Shown here piece by piece: positions 9,637 through 19,112 of a DNA stretch of 64,000 bases. The DNA comes from a bacterium (GTDB taxonomy: Bacteria > Patescibacteriota > Minisyncoccia > Phycocordibacterales > UBA2100). The position numbers and the translations under genes were made by a program. Position 1 is the stretch's first letter. Each line of letters starts with the position of its first letter. The notes beneath the pieces were generated by a model. That model did no database searches and was not told the DNA's origin. It saw only the letters and a program-made list of their open reading frames with translations. The DNA lies in assembly GCA_009924895.1 (NCBI GenBank), contig RFQR01000004.1, positions 16,328-80,327 of the forward strand, written 5' to 3'.

Positions 9637-12600
9637 ATGGAAGCGGGAGTACCAAAAGGTCGAGGTCGAACCTTTGGTGTTGGAAAAAAAGCACCCCCCG
9701 AGTTACAAGTTCCTGTCAAATCATCGGAGGATATTCGACCCAGCTTTGATAAATCACAACTAAAGCCGGCAGTTTCCTATGTAGCTCAGCCAATGTTTTC
9801 AAAACCAAAACCAAAACAAAAAAACAATTCCAAGTCGGTAGGAGCCCCCGCACCAAAGCCAAAGGCACCTGTTGTGAAACCTGAGACAAATACACTTGCG
9901 GATATCTTGGAAAGTGAAGAGGATGCTAAGGCGACTATCAAAGAGGCTGAAAAGGAAACGCCTGAAGAGGAAACGCCTGAAGATGAGATTTCAGAAGAGC
10001 CTGTCTATGGCGCACTCACAGGTGAACTAAAAAAGATGGGCGATCTTATTGTAGAGGGTGAAAGAAAGAATTTATATAATACAAATGTTCCTACTACATA
10101 TATTCCTCAAACTCGTCGTGGGTTTTCACAGTTTATCAAAAAAACATATGCGCCATTTGAACTTCCTGCGGGACCTATTACAATTCCAAAAGGTGATACA
10201 TATTATCCCTATCAGAAGTTTGTGCGTGATTATATGCGCAAAGAATCGCCATATAGAGGTATTCTTGTATATCATGGGCTCGGATCAGGAAAAACATGTA
10301 CGGCAATTGCCGCATCCGAGGCCCTGTTTGCCACTGCGAAGAAAAAGATTATTGTCCTTACTCCCTTTTCGCTAAAAAAGAACTTTTTGAAAGAAGTAAG
10401 TTTTTGCGGATTCAGGCATTTTCAACTACAGAACTATTGGGTCCCTCTAGATGTAAAAGACCCTACGACCACTCTGTTTGCAAATCAGATATATGGACTC
10501 TCGGGTAAGTATATAAAAACGGCCAAACATATCTGGGTTCCTGACTTTCGAAAGCCCCCCTCCGAATCGAACTACAAAACACTACATGACGAAGACCGTA
10601 TGGAAATACGTAAACAAATTCTCACAATGGTAGAATGGGATCCTGTAAAGAATCCGTCAGGTCGTATTCGATTCATTTCATATAATGGTATTTCTGCCAA
10701 GAAACTTATGGCAATGGCGTGCGACACATCCAATAAAAAGTTTTTTGATGATGCTATTATTGTAGTAGATGAAATACATAATCTGATTCGATTGATGCAG
10801 GGGAAGATTCAACCATATTTGACAAAACAAGGGCCCGGCAATAAAAAGGTTCGTAGAACGGTTCCTGTGGAAGAGATTACTCCCGAGCGTTGGAAGCCCA
10901 GTCTATGCACGGAAAGCACAAAAATGTATACGCGGGGATATTTGTTTTATAGACTTCTGTTGGATGCAAAAAACTCTAAAATCATTGGTCTCAGCGGGAC
11001 ACCTCTTATCAACTTTCCAGAGGAACTTGGAATATTAGCGAATATTCTGCATGGATATACAAACACATTAGAAGGTGTTATTGGGCAATCGGGCAAATCG
11101 GTGCAAGAAGATGTAGAAAAAGTTGCTCGTGCGCATCCGCATATAGATTACGTATCTGCAAAACAGGATCCCAGGGGGGGTGGGGTGCGTGTATTGATGA
11201 CACTTCTACCTGCAGGAATACGAAAGATTGAAAATGAAGAGGGTGTTATACGTATTCCAGAAGATGAAGATATTCCTTCAAATGAAGAAATCCTTACATC
11301 TATACGAACTGCATTTGAAGGCGCCGATATTTCCTTTAGTGGGGAGTTGAAACATCGCTCTGTAGAGCTATTACCACCTTTTGGTGATATGTTTACGGAA
11401 TATTTTGTAAATGGACAGTCTATTAAATCCAAGGCTGTATTAATAAAACGTTTAACGGGGCTTATATCGTATTATAAGGGGTCGAGCCTAGAACTGATGC
11501 CTCGTGTGAAAGTGGATGAGATTGTGCGCGTCCCGTTTAGTTTGTATGCACAAAAGGCATATTCATTCAAAAGGTCTACGGAAGTGAAATCGGAGATGGA
11601 GAAAACGCCTGGGCAAACGATTGATGCTGTATGGGCACAAGTCTATGAGCTGGGTGATTCGGCTTCTGCGAATAACTATAAGATGGGCTCTAGACAAGCC
11701 TGTAACTTTGCATTTCCTCCAGGTGTAACACGGCCTTCTGCGAGTGCTATTGATTTGAAACAAGAAGCCGAGGCGGGGGAGAGTTTCACGGGAATCACGG
11801 ATACTCCTACGGAAGAAAAGTATGCGGACGACGAACTTCAACTGACGAATGATGAACTCATGGATGTGTCTGAAATAGCAAAGGAGGATGACACGATTGA
11901 AGAGACATTATATGAAGTAGAAGACGTAGAAGTATCCGCTAAGCCTGCCGTGAAGCCTGCCGTGAAGCCTGCCGTGAAGCCTGCCGTGAAGCCTGCAGGA
12001 CAAACACGTAAAGCAAATACCCCTACAGGTGATATTCGCTTTTCAAATAAGTTAGAAAATGAATATAAAGTATTTGATACATATGCACCAACTCCATTTA
12101 CAATTACGACAGGAGGTCATACCGATACATTTCCAACGATAGAACATTATTATCAGGCTATGAAATTTAAGACTACAGATCCTGACTGGTATAAAACAGT
12201 GCGTGACGCGCCTACACCTGCAAAAGCAAGGGAGTTAGGGGGTGAAAAGGGACATCCTGTGAATCCGAACTTTATGGCGAGCCGTTTGGAATATATGAAG
12301 CGAGCCATGGATATTAAGTTTGGCTCAAATAAAGAGTTAGCAGCCCTGCTTCTTTCAACTGGCGATAAAAAACTTATACAAGCATCTCCTGTCAATAGCT
12401 TTTGGGGGGAAGGTGGTGAAAAAATGGGGGAAAATCATCTTGGCAAAATGCTTATGGAAGTGCGCGGTGAACTGAAGCTAATAGAAGGTATGCCGGATCT
12501 GGAAGGTGGTGATCCAAGCGATATAGAATGTAAAGCTGGAACAAAACCTGGAGAGAAATATCCGGCAGCGTGTGCAAGGGCCAAAGAATGTTTGAAAACA

Positions 12601-13842
12601 ATTGCAAAAGAATACATGAAACTGGAAAGTAAAGATGGTTTACAAAACTATTCGGCAAAATATGCGGCCATGCTTGAGCGTATAGTAGCAGCCCCCGGGT
12701 CTTCCCTTGTATATAGTCAGTTTCTCGATATGGAGGGGATTGGTATTTTCCGTGTGGCAATGGAAGTGAATGGATATGCTCCTATTGAGATTACATCTAT
12801 GGGGGGCGCATTAGTATTTACAAAGGCTACAGAGGAATCTTTGCGCAAGAATCCAACACAGCCACGATATATGACCTTTTCAGGAAAAGAAGAACCCGAA
12901 GTGCGCCGCGCGGCGCTAGATATATTTAATGCAAAGTTCGAAGAACTTCCTGAGTCGATGCATAAAATACTATCGGAATCTGGGTATACAGATAATAAAA
13001 AGGGGGAGTTATGTCGTGTATTTTGTATTACATCTGCCGGCGCAGAAGGATTGTCTCTTCGCAATGTCCGTGCGGTTCATATCATGGAACCATATTGGAA
13101 TGAAGTGCGATTAAGACAAGTGAAGGGGCGCGCCATTCGTATTGGCAGTCATTTGGATTTACCAGAGGATCAGCGAGACGTGAGTATTTACACATATATC
13201 TCTTGTTTTTCAGAGAGGGCTCAAAAAGACCGCACAGGTGAATATAAGATTGATGAAACACTATTGCTTCATGATAGTGTCGATGCATCAAAAGCAATGG
13301 CCGTTGGACTTCCTATAAAGCCGGATATGACAACGTATGTGCTAACGACGGATGAAATGATCTATACGATTTCTGAGAGAAAACGGAAGATTATTGAAGC
13401 ACTTGAATGTATTATGAAAGCTGCGGCAGTAGATTGTGAACTGAGCTATAAACAAAATAAGGATGGGAAGTTCGAATGCCTCCCTTTAGAGGGGGCGGTG
13501 GGTGATTTTATATACGACCCTATATTGGAACAGGATATATTGGCTTCTGCAGGGAAGTTTAATGATAATGATATATGCGTAGGAAGTATAAAGCCAAATG
13601 AGTTTTTTAAGGTTGTAAATAAAGTTGCATATTTATTAAAAGAGGTTGTGAACGAGGAAGGCACAGTAATACGATATGATGCGTATGAGGCAATACAGAA
13701 GAAGGACCCAAAAAATCCTGAAAAAATTGTTGCAGAGAAGAAGATTCCTGAGAAAAAACTGGGAACGGTGGGAGTGCGCATGATAGAGGGAGTGCCACAA
13801 CCAGGTCCGCCTGTGAATATTCCTAAGCCGGTAGCGAAGTAA
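9637..13842 (+). CDS. D6/D11-like SNF2-family helicase (poxvirus early transcription factor small subunit-like) with an internal NADAR (YbiA/DUF1768) domain
   Basis: YPYQKFVRDYM...RGILVYHGLGSGKTCTAIAASEALF (Walker A), VVDEIHNL (DEXH), GLSGTPLIN, TSAGAEGLSL, QVKGRAIRIGSH (helicase motifs V-VI). Between the two RecA lobes (nt ~12031-12480): FSNKLENEYKVFD...EHYYQAMKF...PAKAREL...MKRAMDIKF...LLLSTGDKKLIQASPVNSFWGEGGEKMGENHLGKMLMEVR. That inserted segment matches NADAR. Confidence 0.9.
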   Translation: MEAGVPKGRGRTFGVGKKAPPELQVPVKSSEDIRPSFDKSQLKPAVSYVAQPMFSKPKPKQKNNSKSVGAPAPKPKAPVVKPETNTLADILESEEDAKATIKEAEKETPEEETPEDEISEEPVYGALTGELKKMGDLIVEGERKNLYNTNVPTTYIPQTRRGFSQFIKKTYAPFELPAGPITIPKGDTYYPYQKFVRDYMRKESPYRGILVYHGLGSGKTCTAIAASEALFATAKKKIIVLTPFSLKKNFLKEVSFCGFRHFQLQNYWVPLDVKDPTTTLFANQIYGLSGKYIKTAKHIWVPDFRKPPSESNYKTLHDEDRMEIRKQILTMVEWDPVKNPSGRIRFISYNGISAKKLMAMACDTSNKKFFDDAIIVVDEIHNLIRLMQGKIQPYLTKQGPGNKKVRRTVPVEEITPERWKPSLCTESTKMYTRGYLFYRLLLDAKNSKIIGLSGTPLINFPEELGILANILHGYTNTLEGVIGQSGKSVQEDVEKVARAHPHIDYVSAKQDPRGGGVRVLMTLLPAGIRKIENEEGVIRIPEDEDIPSNEEILTSIRTAFEGADISFSGELKHRSVELLPPFGDMFTEYFVNGQSIKSKAVLIKRLTGLISYYKGSSLELMPRVKVDEIVRVPFSLYAQKAYSFKRSTEVKSEMEKTPGQTIDAVWAQVYELGDSASANNYKMGSRQACNFAFPPGVTRPSASAIDLKQEAEAGESFTGITDTPTEEKYADDELQLTNDELMDVSEIAKEDDTIEETLYEVEDVEVSAKPAVKPAVKPAVKPAVKPAGQTRKANTPTGDIRFSNKLENEYKVFDTYAPTPFTITTGGHTDTFPTIEHYYQAMKFKTTDPDWYKTVRDAPTPAKARELGGEKGHPVNPNFMASRLEYMKRAMDIKFGSNKELAALLLSTGDKKLIQASPVNSFWGEGGEKMGENHLGKMLMEVRGELKLIEGMPDLEGGDPSDIECKAGTKPGEKYPAACARAKECLKTIAKEYMKLESKDGLQNYSAKYAAMLERIVAAPGSSLVYSQFLDMEGIGIFRVAMEVNGYAPIEITSMGGALVFTKATEESLRKNPTQPRYMTFSGKEEPEVRRAALDIFNAKFEELPESMHKILSESGYTDNKKGELCRVFCITSAGAEGLSLRNVRAVHIMEPYWNEVRLRQVKGRAIRIGSHLDLPEDQRDVSIYTYISCFSERAQKDRTGEYKIDETLLLHDSVDASKAMAVGLPIKPDMTTYVLTTDEMIYTISERKRKIIEALECIMKAAAVDCELSYKQNKDGKFECLPLEGAVGDFIYDPILEQDILASAGKFNDNDICVGSIKPNEFFKVVNKVAYLLKEVVNEEGTVIRYDAYEAIQKKDPKNPEKIVAEKKIPEKKLGTVGVRMIEGVPQPGPPVNIPKPVAK
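11938..12000 (+). repeat. Perfect 12-nt coding tandem repeat (aagcctgccgtg x4) encoding AKPAVKPAVKPAVKPAVKPAG linker
   Basis: Read directly. Lies immediately upstream of the NADAR domain. Confidence 0.9.
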
Positions 13843-14533
13843 TAAGGCGAGAGTTACATGTTCCCTGTTCAACGAGGGGGGGATCTGCCCAAAGTGCCTT
13901 CCCTTTATGGAGCATGAGTTGATAATTCATTTCCCAATCTATGATTTCTTTGAACGGGAGAAACGTCTTATTCAAGCGTTTCATATAATCGGTCGTAAAG
14001 AGCATAGAATCCGTGCAACGAAAGACCCATTGATGCGGGGGTGTAAATGCCCGTGTGGGTGCATAATAGGAGGCAGGGGCGCCAGGGGCGCGTGTCCCAA
14101 CACCTTCTCCTAAACTAATATAATCCCACGGCTTGTCTGCAGCGTCTACCAGGAGCGCATTCAAACATTCTACAAAATCTGCACGTAGCCATACATCGGA
14201 TTCAAGTGTGAGTATGAGACCCTCCTCGGTAGATGCCTGGCGAACAGCTTCTGCGAAATTCAGACCCAAACTGATTTCTCCGCGTGTAAGTCCCCACGCT
14301 TTGAATGTAAAGGTGGGCACATCTCTTTTTAAAAAGGGATTATATGCGGCGAAGATTTGTTCTACAGTTAGATCTGCACCCCATGTTGGGGCACAGATCT
14401 TGATACGCTCTGCAGGTATTCCTATTTGTAAAAGATGAGGTAGGAGGCGATCATATCGCTCCTTTTCTTTTATAGGATGACAGAGCACATACACTGTTTT
14501 GACAGCATCGGGCCACATTCTTTTGAGATACAT
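13823..14533 (-). CDS. Putative glycosyltransferase, GT25-like (LPS-glycosyltransferase family)
   Basis: LTRGEISLGLNF...EEGLILTLESDVWLRADF resembles the GT25 GEIGCALSH...ILEDDV pattern. Overlaps the helicase stop by 20 nt (convergent). Confidence 0.6.
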   Translation of the reverse strand: MYLKRMWPDAVKTVYVLCHPIKEKERYDRLLPHLLQIGIPAERIKICAPTWGADLTVEQIFAAYNPFLKRDVPTFTFKAWGLTRGEISLGLNFAEAVRQASTEEGLILTLESDVWLRADFVECLNALLVDAADKPWDYISLGEGVGTRAPGAPASYYAPTRAFTPPHQWVFRCTDSMLFTTDYMKRLNKTFLPFKEIIDWEMNYQLMLHKGKALWADPPLVEQGTCNSRLITSLPA

Positions 14534-14536
14534 AGT

Positions 14537-14788
14537 TTATACCTTAAATCCCTCGGCTTCTTCGGCCTTTCCAGGAGAAATAGACACCTTTTTGGGAGAA
14601 CTTTTCGCCGTTGTAACCGCGGGTAAGACTCGTATAACACCCGTCGATGAATTGCATTCTTTGCATGCGTATAACATATTTTTACGATCCAGGAGTTCTG
14701 CCCTGGCATGCCTACACATCCATTTGGGCCTCACACCTTTCGACACAAGGCCATTCAAGGGATTTACTTGTATTACGGCATCATTCAT
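14537..14788 (-). CDS. Small Cys-containing protein (83 aa), possible zinc ribbon
   Basis: WMCRHARAELLDRKNMLYACKEC. Tightly spaced between two minus-strand genes. Confidence 0.4.
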   Translation of the reverse strand: MNDAVIQVNPLNGLVSKGVRPKWMCRHARAELLDRKNMLYACKECNSSTGVIRVLPAVTTAKSSPKKVSISPGKAEEAEGFKV

Positions 14789-14796
14789 CCGCTATC

Positions 14797-16932
14797 TTAT
14801 GCTTGTAAATTATCGGGGCGAAGCTTGGCGGCCGAATCCATTTCACGAGTAATGACGCGCATGATGATTTGGATTTGATGATTCATATTGATGAGGCGAG
14901 CAGAAGAGGGGATTGTTCCTGCAGTCACAGTATACACAACTGAACCGGCGAATGTTCCATTAATATTTGCAATCGTGTTGAGAACGATGACACCCGTGCC
15001 TGTCGTATAACTCTGGACAACGGCTGTGAAGTTATTCGCAGGAGTTGCGCCATTTACAAAGACTGGCATACCGGCAGTATAGGCTAATCCTGTAGGAAGT
15101 GTTAGCGTCACGGAACCACCCGCGGAAGGTGATATAGTTGTTGCGGTGGCATTGTTTCGGAACGTGGCCACCGAGGCGATATAGTTTGTCACCCAGGAAC
15201 TGATAGTAGTTGCGCCTGTTGTAGGATCTTGGAAGTTATTTCGGATAATGATAGAATTTGCATACCCGACGTTATTTGCTCCATCCACATATCCATTGGA
15301 CGCACCCGTACTGATACCTATTGCCGATACAAGAATACCTTGGGGCTGTGTCAAATAGTTCACGAGGTCTACGACTCCAGGATATGTGGAAAGCGTTGAC
15401 TGAAATGATACATTTTTTAGAACAATACGGTCCCCTTGGCTCACCATAAACTGGCTGAAATAGGCGGATGTTTGCAGCCATATCCATTCGTAGGTGGCCG
15501 CACCAGACCCCTTATAGTTTGTAGTAGATGCCGTATTACTCGGCATTAAAACGGCGGTCACAGTTAAACTGTCGTTTGTCGTGCTCACCAAAGTTCCATC
15601 CGGTCGCTGAATCTGAAATGTGAGCTTCTGAAGCGTGGATAAAGGGGTTGGATAATACACTTTCTGGCATTTTAAGAACTTGGGAATCATACGCGCATAT
15701 CCGCGATTGTTTGCATTACTATCTGATGTCCAATATGCATCATAGGAAATGGATGCGAAGGAGTTATTGATTCCATCATTCGTTCCATATCCGTTATGAT
15801 TCAACTCGGGAATACGCACTTGAAGATAGGGAAAGGAAAAGATATTCGTATTTAGGCTTGTTACGAAAGCACTTGCAGTCGTGTCATATGTTCGAAGAAT
15901 ATCAATGCCCTCCGTTGGCATGATTACTTTTACGAGCTCAATGCGCGTAATATTCTTGAACTTGATATTGGTGGCAGTATTGTAGCCGAAGCCTGGTTGA
16001 TTATTGGCAGGGTCAAATGTAACGGAAAAGTTATATCGAGTTTCCGTGGTATTATTGACCCAGTCGCGGTCGGCGCTATAGACAAACAGGTTATGTTCCG
16101 TTTCCTTATATGCCACAATATCATCCTGTGGCTTGATTACATCTTGAGGAAGAACACGGTCACGATAGGAATCCGATATGGCTATAGTAGGGTTTGCAGA
16201 AGCAATACCTTGAGAACGGGAGGTGGGAGGGATTTGCCCCGCATCTCCTAAAAGAACGGCGCGAGGATCCGGAAGGGTTCGTGCGGATTGCACAATCTCA
16301 TTGCGCCCTAGGGCGCGCTCTGTTTCGCGCATAATCAGAGATAGTTGATCACGTTGGCGTGAGGCCTCTGCGCTATTTCGAAAATCTACGTCGGAGTTTA
16401 CAAAACGGTTCATAGAGGTGTCTTGAGGAACAATGGCGAGTTCCTGGCTTTGGGGGGGGTTCATCGCGGCGTCTCGTGCAGCCTCCGTTTCACGAAGCTT
16501 CTTCAACTCTTCAAATCGTGATAAAGGGGATGGGCCATCTGAATCCATATTTATACGAAAATCAGGTTGTGTAGGAACAGCCACGGCAGCCCCCTGACGT
16601 TCATTCTGTATCTGACCAAACCGACTAGTAACATCCATCTGAAGAGCATTTTCCTCGGGGCGATTGTTGCGCTTCAAATATCCCAAATAGTCTGGAACAA
16701 CCGCCTGTAGAACTTCCTTATTCAGAAACTGCGGCGTTTGATTCGGATTTTTGGCGTAGACTTCCGTCATATAATGTTTCACTGTCTTAATCAAACGTTG
16801 CTGCTGCTTTTCAGTTAAATCATCCCCCATCCGACGTTGAAAGTCCGTATATAAAATACGTTCCAACATAGTCTCATTTCTAACATTAAAAAACTGGTCA
16901 TGCACGTTTGCCCCGGGTCGTATGTCCGTCAT
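14797..16932 (-). CDS. Hypothetical protein (711 aa), beta-rich; possibly a structural (jelly-roll/capsid-like) protein
   Basis: Long ORF. The C-terminal two thirds are rich in T/S/N/G/Y, as in beta-sandwich virion proteins. I cannot confirm NCLDV major capsid protein motifs. Confidence 0.7.
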   Translation of the reverse strand: MTDIRPGANVHDQFFNVRNETMLERILYTDFQRRMGDDLTEKQQQRLIKTVKHYMTEVYAKNPNQTPQFLNKEVLQAVVPDYLGYLKRNNRPEENALQMDVTSRFGQIQNERQGAAVAVPTQPDFRINMDSDGPSPLSRFEELKKLRETEAARDAAMNPPQSQELAIVPQDTSMNRFVNSDVDFRNSAEASRQRDQLSLIMRETERALGRNEIVQSARTLPDPRAVLLGDAGQIPPTSRSQGIASANPTIAISDSYRDRVLPQDVIKPQDDIVAYKETEHNLFVYSADRDWVNNTTETRYNFSVTFDPANNQPGFGYNTATNIKFKNITRIELVKVIMPTEGIDILRTYDTTASAFVTSLNTNIFSFPYLQVRIPELNHNGYGTNDGINNSFASISYDAYWTSDSNANNRGYARMIPKFLKCQKVYYPTPLSTLQKLTFQIQRPDGTLVSTTNDSLTVTAVLMPSNTASTTNYKGSGAATYEWIWLQTSAYFSQFMVSQGDRIVLKNVSFQSTLSTYPGVVDLVNYLTQPQGILVSAIGISTGASNGYVDGANNVGYANSIIIRNNFQDPTTGATTISSWVTNYIASVATFRNNATATTISPSAGGSVTLTLPTGLAYTAGMPVFVNGATPANNFTAVVQSYTTGTGVIVLNTIANINGTFAGSVVYTVTAGTIPSSARLINMNHQIQIIMRVITREMDSAAKLRPDNLQA

Positions 16933-16988
16933 GGATAGGTCTCTCTATTTAAGATGCAGGACCTTTTTAGATTGGGTGAAGCGCATTC

Positions 16989-17870
16989 TTATGTAGAAAA
17001 AAGCCAATCGCGAAGATCTAGCATATCCGAATCTTTGGGTTTGCGCCTCGTGATTTGAGTAAATGTATCACCTTCTAGCATGCGAATAATGCAATATATA
17101 CAGTATACGCCGCATTCTGTGCTACTGTATTGTATACGCCGTGCATTATAGAACAATTTCATATTTGGATCTTGTGTCGTAAGCCATTTCATAAAACGAG
17201 CTATTTGGGCGGGAGGTTCCATTCCGTATGAATCAAAATAATAACATGCATGACCGGCTACATCAATGAAATTGGCGACCCAATGACTACCGGATTTATA
17301 ATGGGGGTCGAGATTGTATACTATTCCAATATGACGAGTGCCGTTTTCAAGGGCTTTTTGCACACGAATCTCACAAATTTCGGTCATGAGACACTGGGTA
17401 TTTTCACCAGTTTTATATGGATTGGGGGCAGCAAAGTCAATAGGAAAGGGGCCCATGAATTCAAAACTAGGGTATGCATCTTCATATTGATTTAACACAT
17501 TCGCAATATTGGTAGAATCAAGCCACGCATCGGGATCTGATATCCATTCTTTTGGCATAGCGGGCCTTAAATATCGATAGGCTAAATCGGCCTTCTCTTT
17601 ATTGTCAATAGGGAGTTTATTCAGAAGCGTTCTTTCGGCCCCGGGTGGGACATTCAGGCGCTTTCCAATTTCATTCCGTAGTTTGCGCCCTCTATACGAC
17701 GAAGGAATTGCGAGCGTATGTGCTACTTTCTGTAGAACCTGGAGGGGTATGCAGCCATGCGGAGGTGTAACTTTTCCCATAGATGGATGGCATTGCGAAG
17801 GTCCCGGCATTGGTTGACCATGTTTCTTGCGAGTAACTTGTTTAAGTTTCTTGTGTAAAGAGTCCCGCAT
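16989..17870 (-). CDS. Ulp1/adenain-like cysteine protease (C48/C5 clan CE)
   Basis: HWVANFIDVAGHACYYFDSYG (His, Asp) followed by IQYSSTECGVYC (Gln, Cys). Order and spacing are as in Ulp1 / poxvirus I7 / ASFV S273R. Confidence 0.8.
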   Translation of the reverse strand: MRDSLHKKLKQVTRKKHGQPMPGPSQCHPSMGKVTPPHGCIPLQVLQKVAHTLAIPSSYRGRKLRNEIGKRLNVPPGAERTLLNKLPIDNKEKADLAYRYLRPAMPKEWISDPDAWLDSTNIANVLNQYEDAYPSFEFMGPFPIDFAAPNPYKTGENTQCLMTEICEIRVQKALENGTRHIGIVYNLDPHYKSGSHWVANFIDVAGHACYYFDSYGMEPPAQIARFMKWLTTQDPNMKLFYNARRIQYSSTECGVYCIYCIIRMLEGDTFTQITRRKPKDSDMLDLRDWLFST

Positions 17871-17913
17871 CCTACTATTTTATAGATAGATAACCTTATA
17901 CAAAACAAGAAAG

Positions 17914-18132
17914 ATGGGAACATTTACCGAAGGTATTCGTATGGACGCATATTGGAACTATGTCGGCACACCCTTCCTTTTTTGTGTTATTGGCTTTGGA
18001 ATGTTCGTTCTCTTTCAATCGAGTGAACTACAGCTTGCAAGTCAAGACTATATCCACAAAGAAGTAAGAAAACTACAGCAGGGGCGTCAAAGGACTCCTG
18101 TCGCGCGTGTTATCCAACCAACCGCTAAATAA
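17914..18132 (+). CDS. Small membrane protein (72 aa)
   Basis: One hydrophobic helix FLFCVIGFGMFVLF. Confidence 0.35.
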   Translation: MGTFTEGIRMDAYWNYVGTPFLFCVIGFGMFVLFQSSELQLASQDYIHKEVRKLQQGRQRTPVARVIQPTAK

Positions 18133-18156
18133 AGTATTCGTGTTATAGAAAGCTAA

Positions 18157-18453
18157 ATGGCCTGGTGGCAATGGTTAAGTTTATTAGGATTTTTCGCAGC
18201 TATCATATATACAATATATACCATATCGGCTGCATCCGCAAGCAGTGATCTCAAAAGGAATATGACAACTGCTATCACAAATGTCACAATCGTCAATACA
18301 ATATTGATGTTGATTTTTGGAGGGACGGCCTACTTTTATCTCGACTCGAATCTGACCGCAGAACGCCCCTATATGATTCTAATGTTACATATAAGTCTTT
18401 TATTATCCGTCATAAGCGTGAGTATTGTAAGCCTTCAAAAACTAAACAGTTAA
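18157..18453 (+). CDS. Small two-pass membrane protein (98 aa)
   Basis: WLSLLGFFAAIIYTIYTI and VNTILMLIFGGTAYFYL hydrophobic helices. Confidence 0.45.
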   Translation: MAWWQWLSLLGFFAAIIYTIYTISAASASSDLKRNMTTAITNVTIVNTILMLIFGGTAYFYLDSNLTAERPYMILMLHISLLLSVISVSIVSLQKLNS

Positions 18454-19020
18454 GATGGCGACAATACGATGTTGCAGGCGAAACTTTCCCGTCCAAGTCT
18501 TTGATACAGGCTGTTGATGGAATGAAAGTCCCTGGAACTTTATTGCAAGTTTCACCTGTTTACCGGGTGCAAATAGGGTAGGCGATATGATGCCACGTGA
18601 CCAAGCATTCTCATTGTATATATATATTTCATTTGTGAGACCCATGGATGAAGAGGGGCAGTATAAATGAATCGCGCCATTTTCTATAAAAGGTTGGAAT
18701 CCTTGATATATATTTTGTTTTGTATAGGTGGGATTCTGTTTGAACCATTTGTCTTGATTTTTTATAACTGTATTGATTAACATGTCTTGAAATGTGATGA
18801 GTTTATTGGCTATAGGGCATCCCTGTAGGGAAATAATGAGGCGCCCTGACGCGACATCATATGATTTTACGGGAAGGAGTGGTAGAAGAAGACAGAGATT
18901 TATAAATGTTGCATCCCCGTCCGAATACGATAGGGGGGATATAAGTTTCGAACTTTGTACAGGTGTCCCAATAGTTATTTCTGAAAGTTCCATTGTATCT
19001 AATGGAATGGTCCACTCCAT
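18442..19020 (-). CDS. Hypothetical protein (192 aa)
   Basis: ORF only. Confidence 0.5.
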   Translation of the reverse strand: MEWTIPLDTMELSEITIGTPVQSSKLISPLSYSDGDATFINLCLLLPLLPVKSYDVASGRLIISLQGCPIANKLITFQDMLINTVIKNQDKWFKQNPTYTKQNIYQGFQPFIENGAIHLYCPSSSMGLTNEIYIYNENAWSRGIISPTLFAPGKQVKLAIKFQGLSFHQQPVSKTWTGKFRLQHRIVAILTV

Positions 19021-19112
19021 CGTCTATTGTATAGTGTGTAGGAACGCCTTAGGCGATATTATTTGTGGGGGGGTAGACGAAAGCCTTAAAGCTTCGCCTC
19101 TTTCACAGATAG

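Noticed and set aside
11500-12600. Intein or homing-endonuclease insertion in the helicase
   Set aside because: The insert lacks an N-terminal Cys/Ser and C-terminal HN-Cys/Ser/Thr splice junctions. It matches the NADAR family over its full length.
14797-16932. Calling the 711-aa protein the NCLDV major capsid protein
   Set aside because: The beta-rich T/S/N composition is suggestive. I cannot identify conserved double-jelly-roll MCP motifs by eye, and the N-terminal 250 aa look unlike MCPs. Left as hypothetical structural protein.
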